The notes under the pieces are model-generated. The model was not told the origin of the DNA. It did not search any database and was given only the letters and a program-made list of their open reading frames with translations. Shown in pieces: positions 51,651 through 61,610 of a DNA stretch of 64,000 nucleotides. Origin of the DNA: an uncultured Armatimonadetes bacterium (GTDB lineage Bacteria > Armatimonadota > Hebobacteria > Hebobacterales > Hebobacteraceae); NCBI GenBank assembly GCA_963716175.1, contig OY970296.1:1216001-1280000 (forward strand), given 5' to 3'. Each line of letters starts with the position of its first letter. The stretch's first letter is position 1. Both the position numbers and the translations under genes were made by a program.

Positions 51651-52352
51651 ATGAAGCACGGCAAGCGATATCGCACGGCGCTGGGAACCGTGGATCGGGA
51701 GCAGGTGTACTCCCCGGAGGAGGCGCTGCAGCGGATCAAGGAGACGGCCTCGGCGAAGTTCGACGAGACCGTGGACCTGGCGATCAAGCTGGGGGTGGAT
51801 GCCAAATCCGGCGAGCAGGTGGTGCGAGGAGTCGTCAGTCTCCCCCATGGACCGGGCAAGTCGCCGCGGGTGGTGGTGTTCGCGCGGGGGGAGGCGGCGA
51901 GCCAAGCGCAGGCGGCGGGGGCAGATGAGGTGGGCGCCGAGGAACTGGTAGCGAAGATCGAGGGGGGCTGGAAAGACTTCGACGTGCTGGTGGCGACCCG
52001 GGATATGATGCGGGTGGTGGGACGCCTGGGCAAGCGGCTGGGGCCCAGGATGCCGAACCCCAGGGCGGGGACGGTGGGCGAGGATGTGGCGGTGATCGTG
52101 AAGGACCTGAAGAGCGGCCGGGTGCAGTTCCGCATGGACCGCGGGGGTGTGCTGCAGGTGCCCATCGGGCGCGCCTCCTACCAGGTGGAGCAGTTGCGGG
52201 AGAACCTGGCGGCGCTGCTCGGCGCGGTGATGCGGGCGCGGCCCGCCAGCGCCAAGGGGCAGTACTTGCGCAAGATCTCGATCAGCGCTACCATGGGGCC
52301 GTCCCTGCTGATAGACACCAACCAGGCGCAGGCGATGGCGGAGGCGATGTAA
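51651..52352 (+). CDS. rplA: 50S ribosomal protein L1
   Basis: KFDETVD, LPHGPGK, LGPRMPNPRAGTV, ATMGPS. Confidence 0.98.
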   Translation: MKHGKRYRTALGTVDREQVYSPEEALQRIKETASAKFDETVDLAIKLGVDAKSGEQVVRGVVSLPHGPGKSPRVVVFARGEAASQAQAAGADEVGAEELVAKIEGGWKDFDVLVATRDMMRVVGRLGKRLGPRMPNPRAGTVGEDVAVIVKDLKSGRVQFRMDRGGVLQVPIGRASYQVEQLRENLAALLGAVMRARPASAKGQYLRKISISATMGPSLLIDTNQAQAMAEAM

Positions 52353-52409
52353 GGCCGGTTGCAGCGGCGGGCATCCGTCAGTGCCGGATACCCGCCCTAC
52401 AGAAAAACA

Positions 52410-52545
52410 AGCTGCCGGAGACAGCAGGCGTGAGAGCATAAGTCCCCTCGCGGGGACGCCTGCCGAGGCAGGGAGAAGACGACATCGGGCCAGGCCCGGA
52501 TGCTATGCTTCCCCCGCTTCGGCGGGGGAAGTCTCTTTGTGGACA
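52410..52545 (+). ncRNA. Ribosomal protein L10 leader (cis-regulatory RNA)
   Basis: CCGGAGACAGCAGG...CCTGCCGAGG core followed by hairpins, directly upstream of rplJ. Confidence 0.75.
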
Positions 52546-52556
52546 GGAGGTGAGGA

Positions 52557-53096
52557 TTGCGAAAGGCTGAGAAGGGCCAACTGGTGGCGGCGCTGCAGGA
52601 GGCGCTGCAGGAGCAGCCGCATCTCATCGTCACCGGCTATCGCGGCCTGACGATGAAGGAGATGACGGAGCTGCGCCGGGCGCTGGCCAAGCTCGGGGGC
52701 CGGCTGCAGGTAGTGAAGAAGACCCTATTCCGGCGCGCCCTGGGTGAGGAGGCCCGTGCCCGCCTCGCCGATTTTCTGGAGGGGCCGGTGGCGGTGACAT
52801 TCGTATCGGGGGACGCGGTGAGCGTGCTCAAGGAGATGAGCGCCTTCGCCCGGACGCACGACGAGCTGGACTTCAAGGGGGGTTGGGTGGAGAGTCACCT
52901 CTTCGACGGCCAGCAGCTCGCGGAGCTGGCCTCGCTGCCGCCGCGGGAGGTGCTGCTGGGGCGATTGGCTGGGGTGCTGTTGGCTCCGCTGAGCCAGCTG
53001 GTCGGCACCCTGCAGGCGGTGCCGCGCGATCTGGTGCTGACCCTGCAGGCGATCGTCAGGCAGCGGGAGGAGGCGGGCGCGGCCGCGAGCGCATAG
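52557..53096 (+). CDS. rplJ: 50S ribosomal protein L10 (TTG start)
   Basis: [29 protein letters not shown]; SD AGGAGGTGA. Confidence 0.95.
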   Translation: MRKAEKGQLVAALQEALQEQPHLIVTGYRGLTMKEMTELRRALAKLGGRLQVVKKTLFRRALGEEARARLADFLEGPVAVTFVSGDAVSVLKEMSAFARTHDELDFKGGWVESHLFDGQQLAELASLPPREVLLGRLAGVLLAPLSQLVGTLQAVPRDLVLTLQAIVRQREEAGAAASA

Positions 53097-53161
53097 CTGG
53101 GCGGACACCGGCGATACGGGGCAGGTCGCGGACCTGCCCTACGAGATCATGGAGGAGAGCG

Positions 53162-53539
53162 ATGGCGAAGTTGAGCAGTGAGGAATTCATCACGGCGATC
53201 GAGCAGATGAACGTGCTGGAGCTGAACGAGCTGGTGAAGGCGATCCAGGAGCGGTTCGGGGTGAGCGCGATGGCGATGGCGGCCCCGGCGGCTGCGGCCG
53301 CGGCGCCCGCGGAAGAAGTGGAGGAGAAGACCCAGTTCGACGTCGTCCTCACCAGCTTCGGCGAGAAGAAGATCCAGGTGATCAAGGCGGTGCGAGAGCT
53401 GACCAGCCTGGGTCTGAGAGAGGCCAAGGAGCTGGTGGAGGGCGTGCCCAAGGTGGTGAAAGAGGCGCTCAGCAAGGACGATGCCGCCGCCGCCAAGAAG
53501 GTGCTGGAGGACGCCGGCGGCACGGCCGAGGTCAAGTAG
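53162..53539 (+). CDS. rplL: 50S ribosomal protein L7/L12
   Basis: [48 protein letters not shown]. Confidence 0.98.
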   Translation: MAKLSSEEFITAIEQMNVLELNELVKAIQERFGVSAMAMAAPAAAAAAPAEEVEEKTQFDVVLTSFGEKKIQVIKAVRELTSLGLREAKELVEGVPKVVKEALSKDDAAAAKKVLEDAGGTAEVK

Positions 53540-53565
53540 CTCCTGTAGGGCGGCCATGCGCCCTA

Positions 53566-53665
53566 ATGAATGTCGCCCAAAGAAGTAATGGGCGACATTC
53601 ATGAAAAAGCCAGGAAATGCCTGGGGAAAGACGTTCGCGCAATGTTACTTCATTGCGCGAACGTC
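53566..53665. terminator. Two long perfect hairpins between convergent rplL and the DUF6785-like gene
   Basis: ATGAATGTCGCCCA/TGGGCGACATTCAT (53566-53602) and GACGTTCGCGCAATG/CATTGCGCGAACGTC (53630-53665). Confidence 0.6.
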
Positions 53666-53818
53666 AGTAGGGCGACAGCGCAGGGGGGCATAGCCGCCGC
53701 ACGCTGTTAGGTGTTTCGGGACTTCGGTCCCGAGACTGACGCGACCAAGATCCCTCGCTTCGGCTTGGGATGACGAGCTGTCGGGCGGGGCCTCGCGGCC
53801 CCGCCCGATTCCTCTGGC

Positions 53819-55789
53819 CTAGTCGAACGGTATGAATGGCGCGGGGATGTGCAGCAGCGCGTCCACCAGAGTGAGCACGACGGCGATGGTCATCTCCCCG
53901 AAGATCAACCCCAGGAAGAAGGGCCGGGCGCGGGCATAGCCGGAGAGGCCTCCATAGCGCACGATGATGGTCTTCACCAGCCAGGCCACCAGGATGGCGA
54001 ACCAGTAGACCACCAGAGACCAGGACCCCACCATCACGAATCCCAGCGGATGTAGGGGCCACCACCAGAACTGCCGGCGCATGAAGGCCAGGAACAGGGT
54101 GAAGCCAGCACCCAGCAAGAAGCAGATGGGGGTGGCCGGGTTGAAGCGCTCCTCGCCGCCGAGGAAGGCGGCGTGCTCCTGCCAGAAGACGCCGGCCAGC
54201 CAGGCGTAGTGGTCGTTGAGCGCCATCGCGCCCCGCCGGTAGTTCAGCCAGAGCAGGATGACGAAGCCGCAGGCGAGGGAGGCGAGGATGCCGATCCAGA
54301 GCGCGGCATGGAGTGAGCGGCGGCGCAGCCCCACGGCCTCCGCGATCTTCTGGGTGTCCATCATCCCCTGCAGGGCGAGGCCTCGCATATCCCCCGCGAA
54401 GGGCACGGTGGCGAAGATGATGGAGGTGAGATTGCCGGAGCCGAGGAGCTGGCGGCGGCCGAACATGCCGTAGACATCGAGCGGGGTGAAGATGATCTCG
54501 GTCATGAGCAGGCCGCCCTCGGCGGTGGCGCGGGTCATCACCAGAGAGATCACGAGCACGTAGATCACGACTTCCATCAGGGCCAGCCAGAAGGAGAGGC
54601 CGATGGAGGTGAACCAGAGCACGGCGGCGATCATGGTCAGGGCCAGGCCCAGGAGCGCGGCGCGGTAAGACAGCATCTCGTTGGCGCCGGCCAGCACGCG
54701 GCCCCGGCGCCGCCAGCCTTGCAGGGCGGCGACCAGCGTGGGCTTGGTGAGGTAGAGCAGGTAGCCGGCGAGCACGAAGAAGCCGCCGGCCTCGGCGCTG
54801 GCGAGATAGAGGCTGGTGTCGGCATGGGAGGGTTGGTCCAGGGTCTGGCCCAGGGTGAGCAGGAGTGCCTCGTGGCCCTTGCCCAGGAATAGGTAGAAGA
54901 ACCAGAAGCTGAACAGCAGCTCGCTGGGGAGGAGGAAGAAGAAGCCGATGGCGGCCAGGGGGAAGTAGATGTAGAAGGAGGTCATGCGGTTCAGCGGCGG
55001 GCCCACGAACAGGGAATCGTGCAAGTCCCAGCGGAGCGGGATCTGGGGCAGATTGGGGTTGATGCTGTGGGCGAGGTTGATCAGGTGGAGGATGACTGGC
55101 AGGGCGGCGCCGAGATAGAGCAGCCGATTGCGGTAGAAGGGCTCGCCGGTCTCCGCGCGCAGCATCTCGATGGGGAGCTGGGCGAGCGGGAAGCTGAGCC
55201 GCTCGTAGTCTGACCACTGCTGGCGCAGCAGAGCCGCCAGGCAGATGAAGGCGGCGAACATGAGCAGGATGATCACCAGCCAGTGGGTGAGCGGGGCCAC
55301 CCAGGGCTGCCAGGGGATGGGCTCGCCGTAGTGCAGCCCCTCGTAGAAGGCGAGGACGATGGTCTGCCTGGGCTCGCCACCGGTGTTCCAGGGGATGAGC
55401 TGCTGAGGCAGATTGGGGAAGAAGGTGGTCTGCCACTTGTTCGAGGGGTCGGCGTAGTAGTTGATGCTGGTGAGCAGGGGGAGCAGGCGCGCCGGGCCGC
55501 CCCGGGAGGAGGTCCAGGCGCTGAGCAGCATCATGGCGTAGATCACCAGCAGCTCGGGTGGGCGCAGCGCCCACCGGGGCCGGCGCCAGCGCAGCAGCCG
55601 GTTCCCCGCGATGAGGAAGACGAAGACGCCAAAGGCCACCGGGGGGAAGGTGAGGATGCCGATGGTGATGCGCTTGATCACCTGCTCGGCCCAGAGGGTG
55701 ACGAAGGAAACCAGGGCCACGCAGGCAACTCCGACTGCCACCGCCCGCGGGGTGAGTCCTCCTGATTCAGTTGATCCGTTGTGAGCCAT
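53819..55789 (-). CDS. DUF6785/DUF6784-like multi-pass membrane protein (putative transporter)
   Basis: ELLVIY, QWSDYERLSFPL, RATAEGG, WWPLHPLGF, RYGG..Y.RARPFFLGLIFGE. Confidence 0.78.
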   Translation of the reverse strand: MAHNGSTESGGLTPRAVAVGVACVALVSFVTLWAEQVIKRITIGILTFPPVAFGVFVFLIAGNRLLRWRRPRWALRPPELLVIYAMMLLSAWTSSRGGPARLLPLLTSINYYADPSNKWQTTFFPNLPQQLIPWNTGGEPRQTIVLAFYEGLHYGEPIPWQPWVAPLTHWLVIILLMFAAFICLAALLRQQWSDYERLSFPLAQLPIEMLRAETGEPFYRNRLLYLGAALPVILHLINLAHSINPNLPQIPLRWDLHDSLFVGPPLNRMTSFYIYFPLAAIGFFFLLPSELLFSFWFFYLFLGKGHEALLLTLGQTLDQPSHADTSLYLASAEAGGFFVLAGYLLYLTKPTLVAALQGWRRRGRVLAGANEMLSYRAALLGLALTMIAAVLWFTSIGLSFWLALMEVVIYVLVISLVMTRATAEGGLLMTEIIFTPLDVYGMFGRRQLLGSGNLTSIIFATVPFAGDMRGLALQGMMDTQKIAEAVGLRRRSLHAALWIGILASLACGFVILLWLNYRRGAMALNDHYAWLAGVFWQEHAAFLGGEERFNPATPICFLLGAGFTLFLAFMRRQFWWWPLHPLGFVMVGSWSLVVYWFAILVAWLVKTIIVRYGGLSGYARARPFFLGLIFGEMTIAVVLTLVDALLHIPAPFIPFD

Positions 55790-56057
55790 AGGCCGCGACG
55801 CGGGAGCAGCCTCGCCCGCGCTCCCTGCTGCAACAGCAGACCTGGTTGCTCGGCCAGCTTCGCCGCGGGAGGAATGACTGCCTCTGAGCGGCGGAGGAGG
55901 AAAGGGCGCAGGCGCCGTGAGTGATGCTTGTGCGATGAGGCGGCCGCGCGCGAGCGGCCTGGTGACAGGTTTGAGACAGGGGAGAGGGGAAGAGTACCAC
56001 AGAGGCGGGCATGGCTATGCCCGCCCTACAGTCGAAGCGTCCGATCTGGAGGTGGTG

Positions 56058-57173
56058 ATGCAGTACCGGGTGCTGGGCAGAACAGGGTTCAAGGTCTCGG
56101 CCTTGGGGTTCGGGACCATGAGATTCAAGATGGTGGATGATCAGGTTGACCAGGAGTTGGCGATCGCAGCGCTGCACCGGGCTATGGATCTGGGGGTGAA
56201 CTATTTCGACTCCGCCGTAGGCTACTGCGGGGCGCAAAGCGAGCAGGTGCTGGGCAGAGCGCTGAAGGGCCGGCGCCGAGGGCAGGTGATCTCGACCAAG
56301 TACCCGACCTGGGACCCATATACCAAGAAGGCCGATGATTGTCGGCGCATTATCGAGCAATCGCTATCTCGTCTCGAGCTGGATTTCATTGACGTCTACC
56401 ACATGCACTCCCTGGACTGGGAAAGCGCACAGGCGGTGCTGGCGAAAGGCGGCGCGGTGGAGGCGGCGCGGCGGGCGAAGGAGGAGGGGCTGGTCAAGCA
56501 CCTGGGCTTCTCCTTCCACGACGACCCGAAGCGCATGATTGACATCATCGAGGCCGCGCCGGATTTCGAGGTGGTGACCTGCCAGTATAACCTGCTGGAC
56601 CGGGCCAACGAGGAGAGCATGGCCTATGCCCACGACCACGGGCTGGGGGTGGTGGTGATGGGCCCGGTGGCCGGGGGACGGCTCGGGTTCCCGTCGGAGC
56701 AGATCATGCGACTGGTCCCCGGCGGCACCCAGAGCAGCCCCGAGGTGGCGCTCCGGTTCGTGCTCTCCAACCCGAACGTGAGTGTCGCGATCTCGGGCAT
56801 GAACACGGTCGAGATGGTGGAGGAGAACGCAGCCACCGCCAGCCGGGAAGAGCCGCTGAGCGCAGACGAGCGCCAGCGAGTGCTGGCGATGCTGGAGGAG
56901 AACCGGCGGCTGTCCGAGCTCTACTGCACCGGCTGCGGCTACTGCATGCCCTGCCCCAATGGCGTCAACATCTCGGAGTGCTTCCGGCTGATGAACCTGC
57001 ACCGGGTCTACGGCCTCACCGAGCCCGCGCGCCGGCGCTACCGCCGGTTCGGGGAGGAGGGAAACCTGAACGCCGGGGCCTGCGTGGAGTGCGGGCAGTG
57101 CGAGCCGAAGTGCCCCCAGAAGATCCCCATCATCGAGCAGTTGAAGGAGACGCAGCGGGCGCTGGGTGAATGA
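56058..57173 (+). CDS. Aldo/keto reductase with C-terminal 4Fe-4S dicluster
   Basis: LGFGTMR, YFDSAVGY, GFSFHD, CTGCGYCMPCP, CVECGQCEPKCPQ. Confidence 0.93.
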   Translation: MQYRVLGRTGFKVSALGFGTMRFKMVDDQVDQELAIAALHRAMDLGVNYFDSAVGYCGAQSEQVLGRALKGRRRGQVISTKYPTWDPYTKKADDCRRIIEQSLSRLELDFIDVYHMHSLDWESAQAVLAKGGAVEAARRAKEEGLVKHLGFSFHDDPKRMIDIIEAAPDFEVVTCQYNLLDRANEESMAYAHDHGLGVVVMGPVAGGRLGFPSEQIMRLVPGGTQSSPEVALRFVLSNPNVSVAISGMNTVEMVEENAATASREEPLSADERQRVLAMLEENRRLSELYCTGCGYCMPCPNGVNISECFRLMNLHRVYGLTEPARRRYRRFGEEGNLNAGACVECGQCEPKCPQKIPIIEQLKETQRALGE

Positions 57174-57870
57174 CCACCGGGGGTCCGCAGATGGCGCGGA
57201 TAGGGCAGAGAAGGCCTTGAACGCGAGCACACCACCGGCGCCAGGAGAGCGCGCGGCGCGAGCGCCCCGTTCTCTCTGGCTGTGGCTGGCGGCGGCCTGC
57301 GGACTGGCCGTCGCCTTTGCCATGGACGGGCCGGTGATGAGTCTCGTCCAGCCGCTGCGCGACTCCTCTCTTTCCCACGTGCTGCTGCACACGGTGCGGT
57401 GGCTGGGCATCGGGTATGTGCAGGCCGGAGTGCTGCTGCTCGTCATCGCGCTGGGAGCAGTGCTGCGACATCGCGCGGCGGCCGCGGGGGCCTGGGCGCT
57501 GCTGGCGCTGGCCATCTCGGGCTTGGCGGCCAACGTGCTGAAGGTGTTGATCCATCGCCCTCGGCCCTGGGTGTTGGTGCCGCCGCCCGAGAGCTGGGCT
57601 GGCTATCTGCGCCTGCACCAGCTCCAGTCCTTCCCCTCTGGGGAGGCCACCACCTCGTTCGCCATCGCCTTCGTGCTGGGGAGCGAGTTCGCGACGCTGC
57701 GAGCACCTCTGCTCCTGGCCGCCTGTGCGGTGGCGGCGGCGCGGGTAGTGGTGGGGAACCACTACCCCTCCGACGTGTGGGGCGGCGCCATGCTGGGGAC
57801 GGCGCTGGCGCAATGGCTATCACACCTGGCGCGGAGTCGCGCTCGCCGAGGGACCGGGGCCGGCGCGTAG
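57166..57870 (+). CDS. PAP2-family phosphatase
   Basis: KVLIHRPRP, SFPSGE, ARVVVGNHYPSDV. Confidence 0.9.
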   Translation: MNDHRGSADGADRAEKALNASTPPAPGERAARAPRSLWLWLAAACGLAVAFAMDGPVMSLVQPLRDSSLSHVLLHTVRWLGIGYVQAGVLLLVIALGAVLRHRAAAAGAWALLALAISGLAANVLKVLIHRPRPWVLVPPPESWAGYLRLHQLQSFPSGEATTSFAIAFVLGSEFATLRAPLLLAACAVAAARVVVGNHYPSDVWGGAMLGTALAQWLSHLARSRARRGTGAGA

Positions 57871-57883
57871 AAGGAAGCACGGC

Positions 57884-59581
57884 GTGATAGCAAGTGGACT
57901 GCGCCGGGCGCTCCCATTCCTGCTGCTGACCGCGGGCACGGCTGCCCTGTTCCTCGGGGGGCTGGGCCGGCTTCCCCTCTTCGGGCGGGACGAGGCCCTC
58001 TACGCCGAGGCGGGGCGGGAGATGCTCGCCACCGGAGATTGGGTTACACCCCGGGTCAACGGCGGCCCCTTCTTCGAGAAGCCCCCGCTCTACTACTGGG
58101 CAGCCGCGGCCAGCTACCGCGCCTCCGGGGTGTCTCCGCTTTCCGCTCGTCTTCCCTCCGCGTTGATGGCGATAGCGACGGTGCTGTTGACCGCCCGCAT
58201 CGGGGCCCGGGTGTGGGGAAGGCGAGCCGGCCTGCTGGCCGGGATCGCGCTGGCAACCTCGCTGCAATTCGCGTTGATCGGCCGCCTGGGGATCATGGAT
58301 GCGCCTCTGACCTGCCTGACCGTGCTGGCGCTGCTGGCCTATGAGCGCTGGCAGCGGATGGGCGGATGGGGCGCGCTGGCTGGATTCGGCGTCACGGTCG
58401 GGCTTGCGATCTTGCTGAAAGGGGCGGCCGGGCTCATCCCCTGGGGTGTGGCCGTGGTGGATGCGCTGATCAGGATGGCGCGGCGAGAGCGCATCGGCCA
58501 CACGCCGCTGGCGCTGGTCGGGTCGGCCGTCATCGCGGGCCTGGCCTCGGCCGCGGTGGCCGCGCCCTGGTTTCTGGCGATGACCGCGCGCCATGGCTCG
58601 GCCTTCGGTGCGACATTCTTCGTGCACGAGCACCTGAGGCGAGTTGCCCAGGCCATGCAGGGGCACGGTGGGCCATTCTGGATCTACTTGCCGATGATCG
58701 CCCTCGGCTTCTTCCCCTGGGTGATCTTCCTGCCGGCCGGCCTGCTCCGCCCGCCCCGGGCAGAGGCGGCCGCGTGCTGGCGCGTGCTCTGCCTGGTCTG
58801 GATCGCCTGCGTCCTGGTGGTCTTCTCGGCCGTCCGCACCAAGCTGCCAGGGTACATCACGCCGCTCTTTCCGCCCACGGCGCTGCTGGTCGGGGCTGAA
58901 CTGGACCGGCGCCTGGCCCAGCCGGGCCGGGGGCCTTGGGTCGCGCTGATCCTGGGCGCGGCCCTGCTTGGCGCGCTGGTGACCAGGTTGCCGGTGGCAG
59001 CTTCGCGGCTGGGCGAGAGGGTCGGTGCCGCGCAGCAGGGGGCGCTGTTGTTCTGGCCGGTGTTCATCTGGGTGGCGGGTTATGTCATCATCGCGGTGGG
59101 AGCATGGGCGGCACTGCGGGGCCGGCCGGGGCGCGGACTGCCCGTGATAATGGCAGGCCAGGCCGCGACGCTGGGCGCGGTGCTGATCGGTATACTGCCA
59201 TTGCTGTCGCCCTATCTCGGCGGAGGGAGCGCGCGGCTGGCCTCGCTGGCAGCGCGAGAGCTACCCCGGAGCGCCCTCGTGCTCTATGAGACTCGCCCCG
59301 AGACGGTGAACTTCGCACTCCAGCGAACCGTGCCCACCTTCGATCGCCATCAACAGGAAGCGCTGGCGGCTGCTCTGCGCGCCGGCCCTACCGCGCTGAT
59401 CGCGCCGGCGAAAGAGGCGGCGTTCTGGAAGGCCCTGCCAATTCGCCGCAGGTGGCAGGTCGGAGATCGGGTGCTGCTGGATATCCCCCCACAGGTAGGG
59501 CTGGTCCCCCTAGGCCGCTTGCAGCGGCCGGGGTGGCGGCCCCCAGGCAGGCCTGGCCACGCGACCGGCCCCAAAAGCTGA
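57884..59581 (+). CDS. ArnT-like (GT39/GT83) membrane glycosyltransferase
   Basis: RDEALYAEAGREM, EKPPLYYW, ARLPSA, LLKG, TKLPGYITP. Confidence 0.9.
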   Translation: MIASGLRRALPFLLLTAGTAALFLGGLGRLPLFGRDEALYAEAGREMLATGDWVTPRVNGGPFFEKPPLYYWAAAASYRASGVSPLSARLPSALMAIATVLLTARIGARVWGRRAGLLAGIALATSLQFALIGRLGIMDAPLTCLTVLALLAYERWQRMGGWGALAGFGVTVGLAILLKGAAGLIPWGVAVVDALIRMARRERIGHTPLALVGSAVIAGLASAAVAAPWFLAMTARHGSAFGATFFVHEHLRRVAQAMQGHGGPFWIYLPMIALGFFPWVIFLPAGLLRPPRAEAAACWRVLCLVWIACVLVVFSAVRTKLPGYITPLFPPTALLVGAELDRRLAQPGRGPWVALILGAALLGALVTRLPVAASRLGERVGAAQQGALLFWPVFIWVAGYVIIAVGAWAALRGRPGRGLPVIMAGQAATLGAVLIGILPLLSPYLGGGSARLASLAARELPRSALVLYETRPETVNFALQRTVPTFDRHQQEALAAALRAGPTALIAPAKEAAFWKALPIRRRWQVGDRVLLDIPPQVGLVPLGRLQRPGWRPPGRPGHATGPKS

Positions 59582-59602
59582 CAAACCACAGGAGGCGAGA
59601 CC

Positions 59603-60361
59603 ATGATCTGGCACGAGTCGAGCGGTCCGGAGGTGGCGGAGTTTGCGAAGAGGTGCGAGGTGGCGCTGTTGCCGGTGGGATGCGTGGAGATGCACGGCCC
59701 CCACAACCCGACCGGTTGCGACACCTTTCGGGCGGACCGGGTGTGCCGGCTGGCCGCGGAGCTGGAGCCGTGCATGGTGCTGCCCCCGATCTTCTACAAC
59801 ATCAATGATCAGATGAAGTGCTACCCGGGCACCATCTCGATTCCGGGCAGGATGGTGACGGAGATGCACCGGGCGATCTTCGCCGAGTGCGCGCGCAATG
59901 GGTTCAAGCGCATCGTGGTGTACGTCGCCCACGGCGGAGGTGACGAGGCGGTCGTCGCCGCGCAGGCCGAGATGCTGGAGGAGGCGACCTCCGGGGCGCG
60001 GATAGACTATCAGGTCTTCCGGGTGGATTCCTGGGCGCTGCCCGGTCTGGACGAGCCGGAGGAGACGCGCCGGGTGATGGGGGGACATGGCGGCGCGAAT
60101 GAGACTTCGGAGGTATGGGAAGCGGCTCCAGGCATGGTACATGTGTCGCGGGTGGAGGGCGAAGAAGGACCCTACCTGCGGCCTGTGGCCAGCCCGGCCA
60201 GCTATCGGGTGGACTGGATCAGGAATGTGCCGAAGGGCTTTCAGGGCCGGCCGGAGCTGGCCAGCCGGGAGCGGGGTGAGAAGCTTAATCGCCGACGAGC
60301 CGAGCAGCTGGCGGAGGTGATCCGGAAGATCAAGGCCTACGATCTGAGCAGCGACCCATAG
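59603..60361 (+). CDS. Creatininase/mycofactocin-peptidase family amidohydrolase
   Basis: PVGCVEMHGPH.PTGCD, YPGTI, AHGG, GHGGANETS. Confidence 0.9.
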   Translation: MIWHESSGPEVAEFAKRCEVALLPVGCVEMHGPHNPTGCDTFRADRVCRLAAELEPCMVLPPIFYNINDQMKCYPGTISIPGRMVTEMHRAIFAECARNGFKRIVVYVAHGGGDEAVVAAQAEMLEEATSGARIDYQVFRVDSWALPGLDEPEETRRVMGGHGGANETSEVWEAAPGMVHVSRVEGEEGPYLRPVASPASYRVDWIRNVPKGFQGRPELASRERGEKLNRRRAEQLAEVIRKIKAYDLSSDP

Positions 60362-60388
60362 CGGATATCGCAGACCGCTGGAACCGAG

Positions 60389-61610
60389 GTGGCGAGAGTG
60401 CACAGCGTTGATTTCGAGCAAGTGAAGGCCTGCATAGACGTGCCCAGTGAGGCCGAGCGGTTGCTCGCAAAGAGCGAGAAGGAGATCAGCTTCAGCCTCA
60501 ACCTGATCCTCTATCCCGAGGGGCTAGTGGAGACTGATGCCTATGTCGTCTATCACAACACCGCGCGGACCGGCCAAGGGGGGAGTGCGGATCTGGCCCA
60601 CGGTCACCCTAGAACACACCCGGGAGCTGGCCGAGCTGATGACCTACAAGACGGCGCTGGTGGGAGTGCCGTTCGGGGGCGGGAAGTCGGGGATCCGGCT
60701 GGATCCCGACGAGTTCCCGGTCGCAAATAAGACTGCGCTGATCAAAGAATACGTGCACATGATCAAGGAGGAGCTGATGTCCGGTGCCTATGTCCCGGCC
60801 CCGGACCTGGGCAGCACGCCCTCGGATATGGCCGTGATCTACGGGGAGACGCATATCCCCGAGTCGGTCACCGGCAAACCTCCCCGGGTGGGCGGCCTGC
60901 CCGGCCGGCGCGAGTCAACCGGGTACGGGGTGACCCACATCGCGGCTCTCTCCTGCCAGGCTTTTCTCGGGGGAGCGATCGAGGGCAAGCGGGTGGCGGT
61001 GCAGGGATTCGGCAATGTGGGGGAATGGACGTGCCGTTTCCTGCGGGACCGGGGGGCGAAGGTCGTGGCGGTATCCGACATCACCGGCGGGGTCTACTGC
61101 GACACGGGCATACCCATCGATGCGGTGTGCGAGCACGTGCGGCAGGAGGGCGGCGTGGCCGGCTGCCAGGGAGAGGCGATCACGAATGAGCAACTGCTGG
61201 CCCTGCCGGTGGACATCCTGGTGCCGGCGGCGATCGAAGGTGTGATCCACCAGGGGAATGCGCAGGCGGTGTCCGCCCGGCTGATCGTGGAAGCGGCGAA
61301 CGGACCGATCACGCCGGAGGGCGACCGGATTCTCGATGCTCGCGGCATTCCCGTCGTGCCCGACATCCTCGCCAACAGCGGCGGGGTGACCGCCTCCTAT
61401 GTGGAGTGGCGCTCGGCGAAATCGGGGGTAATGACGAAGGCGGAGGAGACCTACGCCACAGTGGCGGAGCAGCTAGAGGCGGCCTTCCACCGGGTGCGGG
61501 AGATGGCGGAAACGCGCCACGTAAGAGACCGGACGGCGGCGCAGGCGGTGGCGGTGGAGGAGCTTATCGCCACCATGCGAGATCGGGGCTGGCTTCCGGC
61601 TGAGGGGTGA
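60389..61610 (+). CDS. Glu/Leu/Phe/Val dehydrogenase; frameshift at ~60568
   Basis: HNTARGPAKGGVR (restored), MTYK, PFGGGKSG, VPAPD, VQGFGNVG, EAANGP, PDILANSGGV. Confidence 0.92.
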
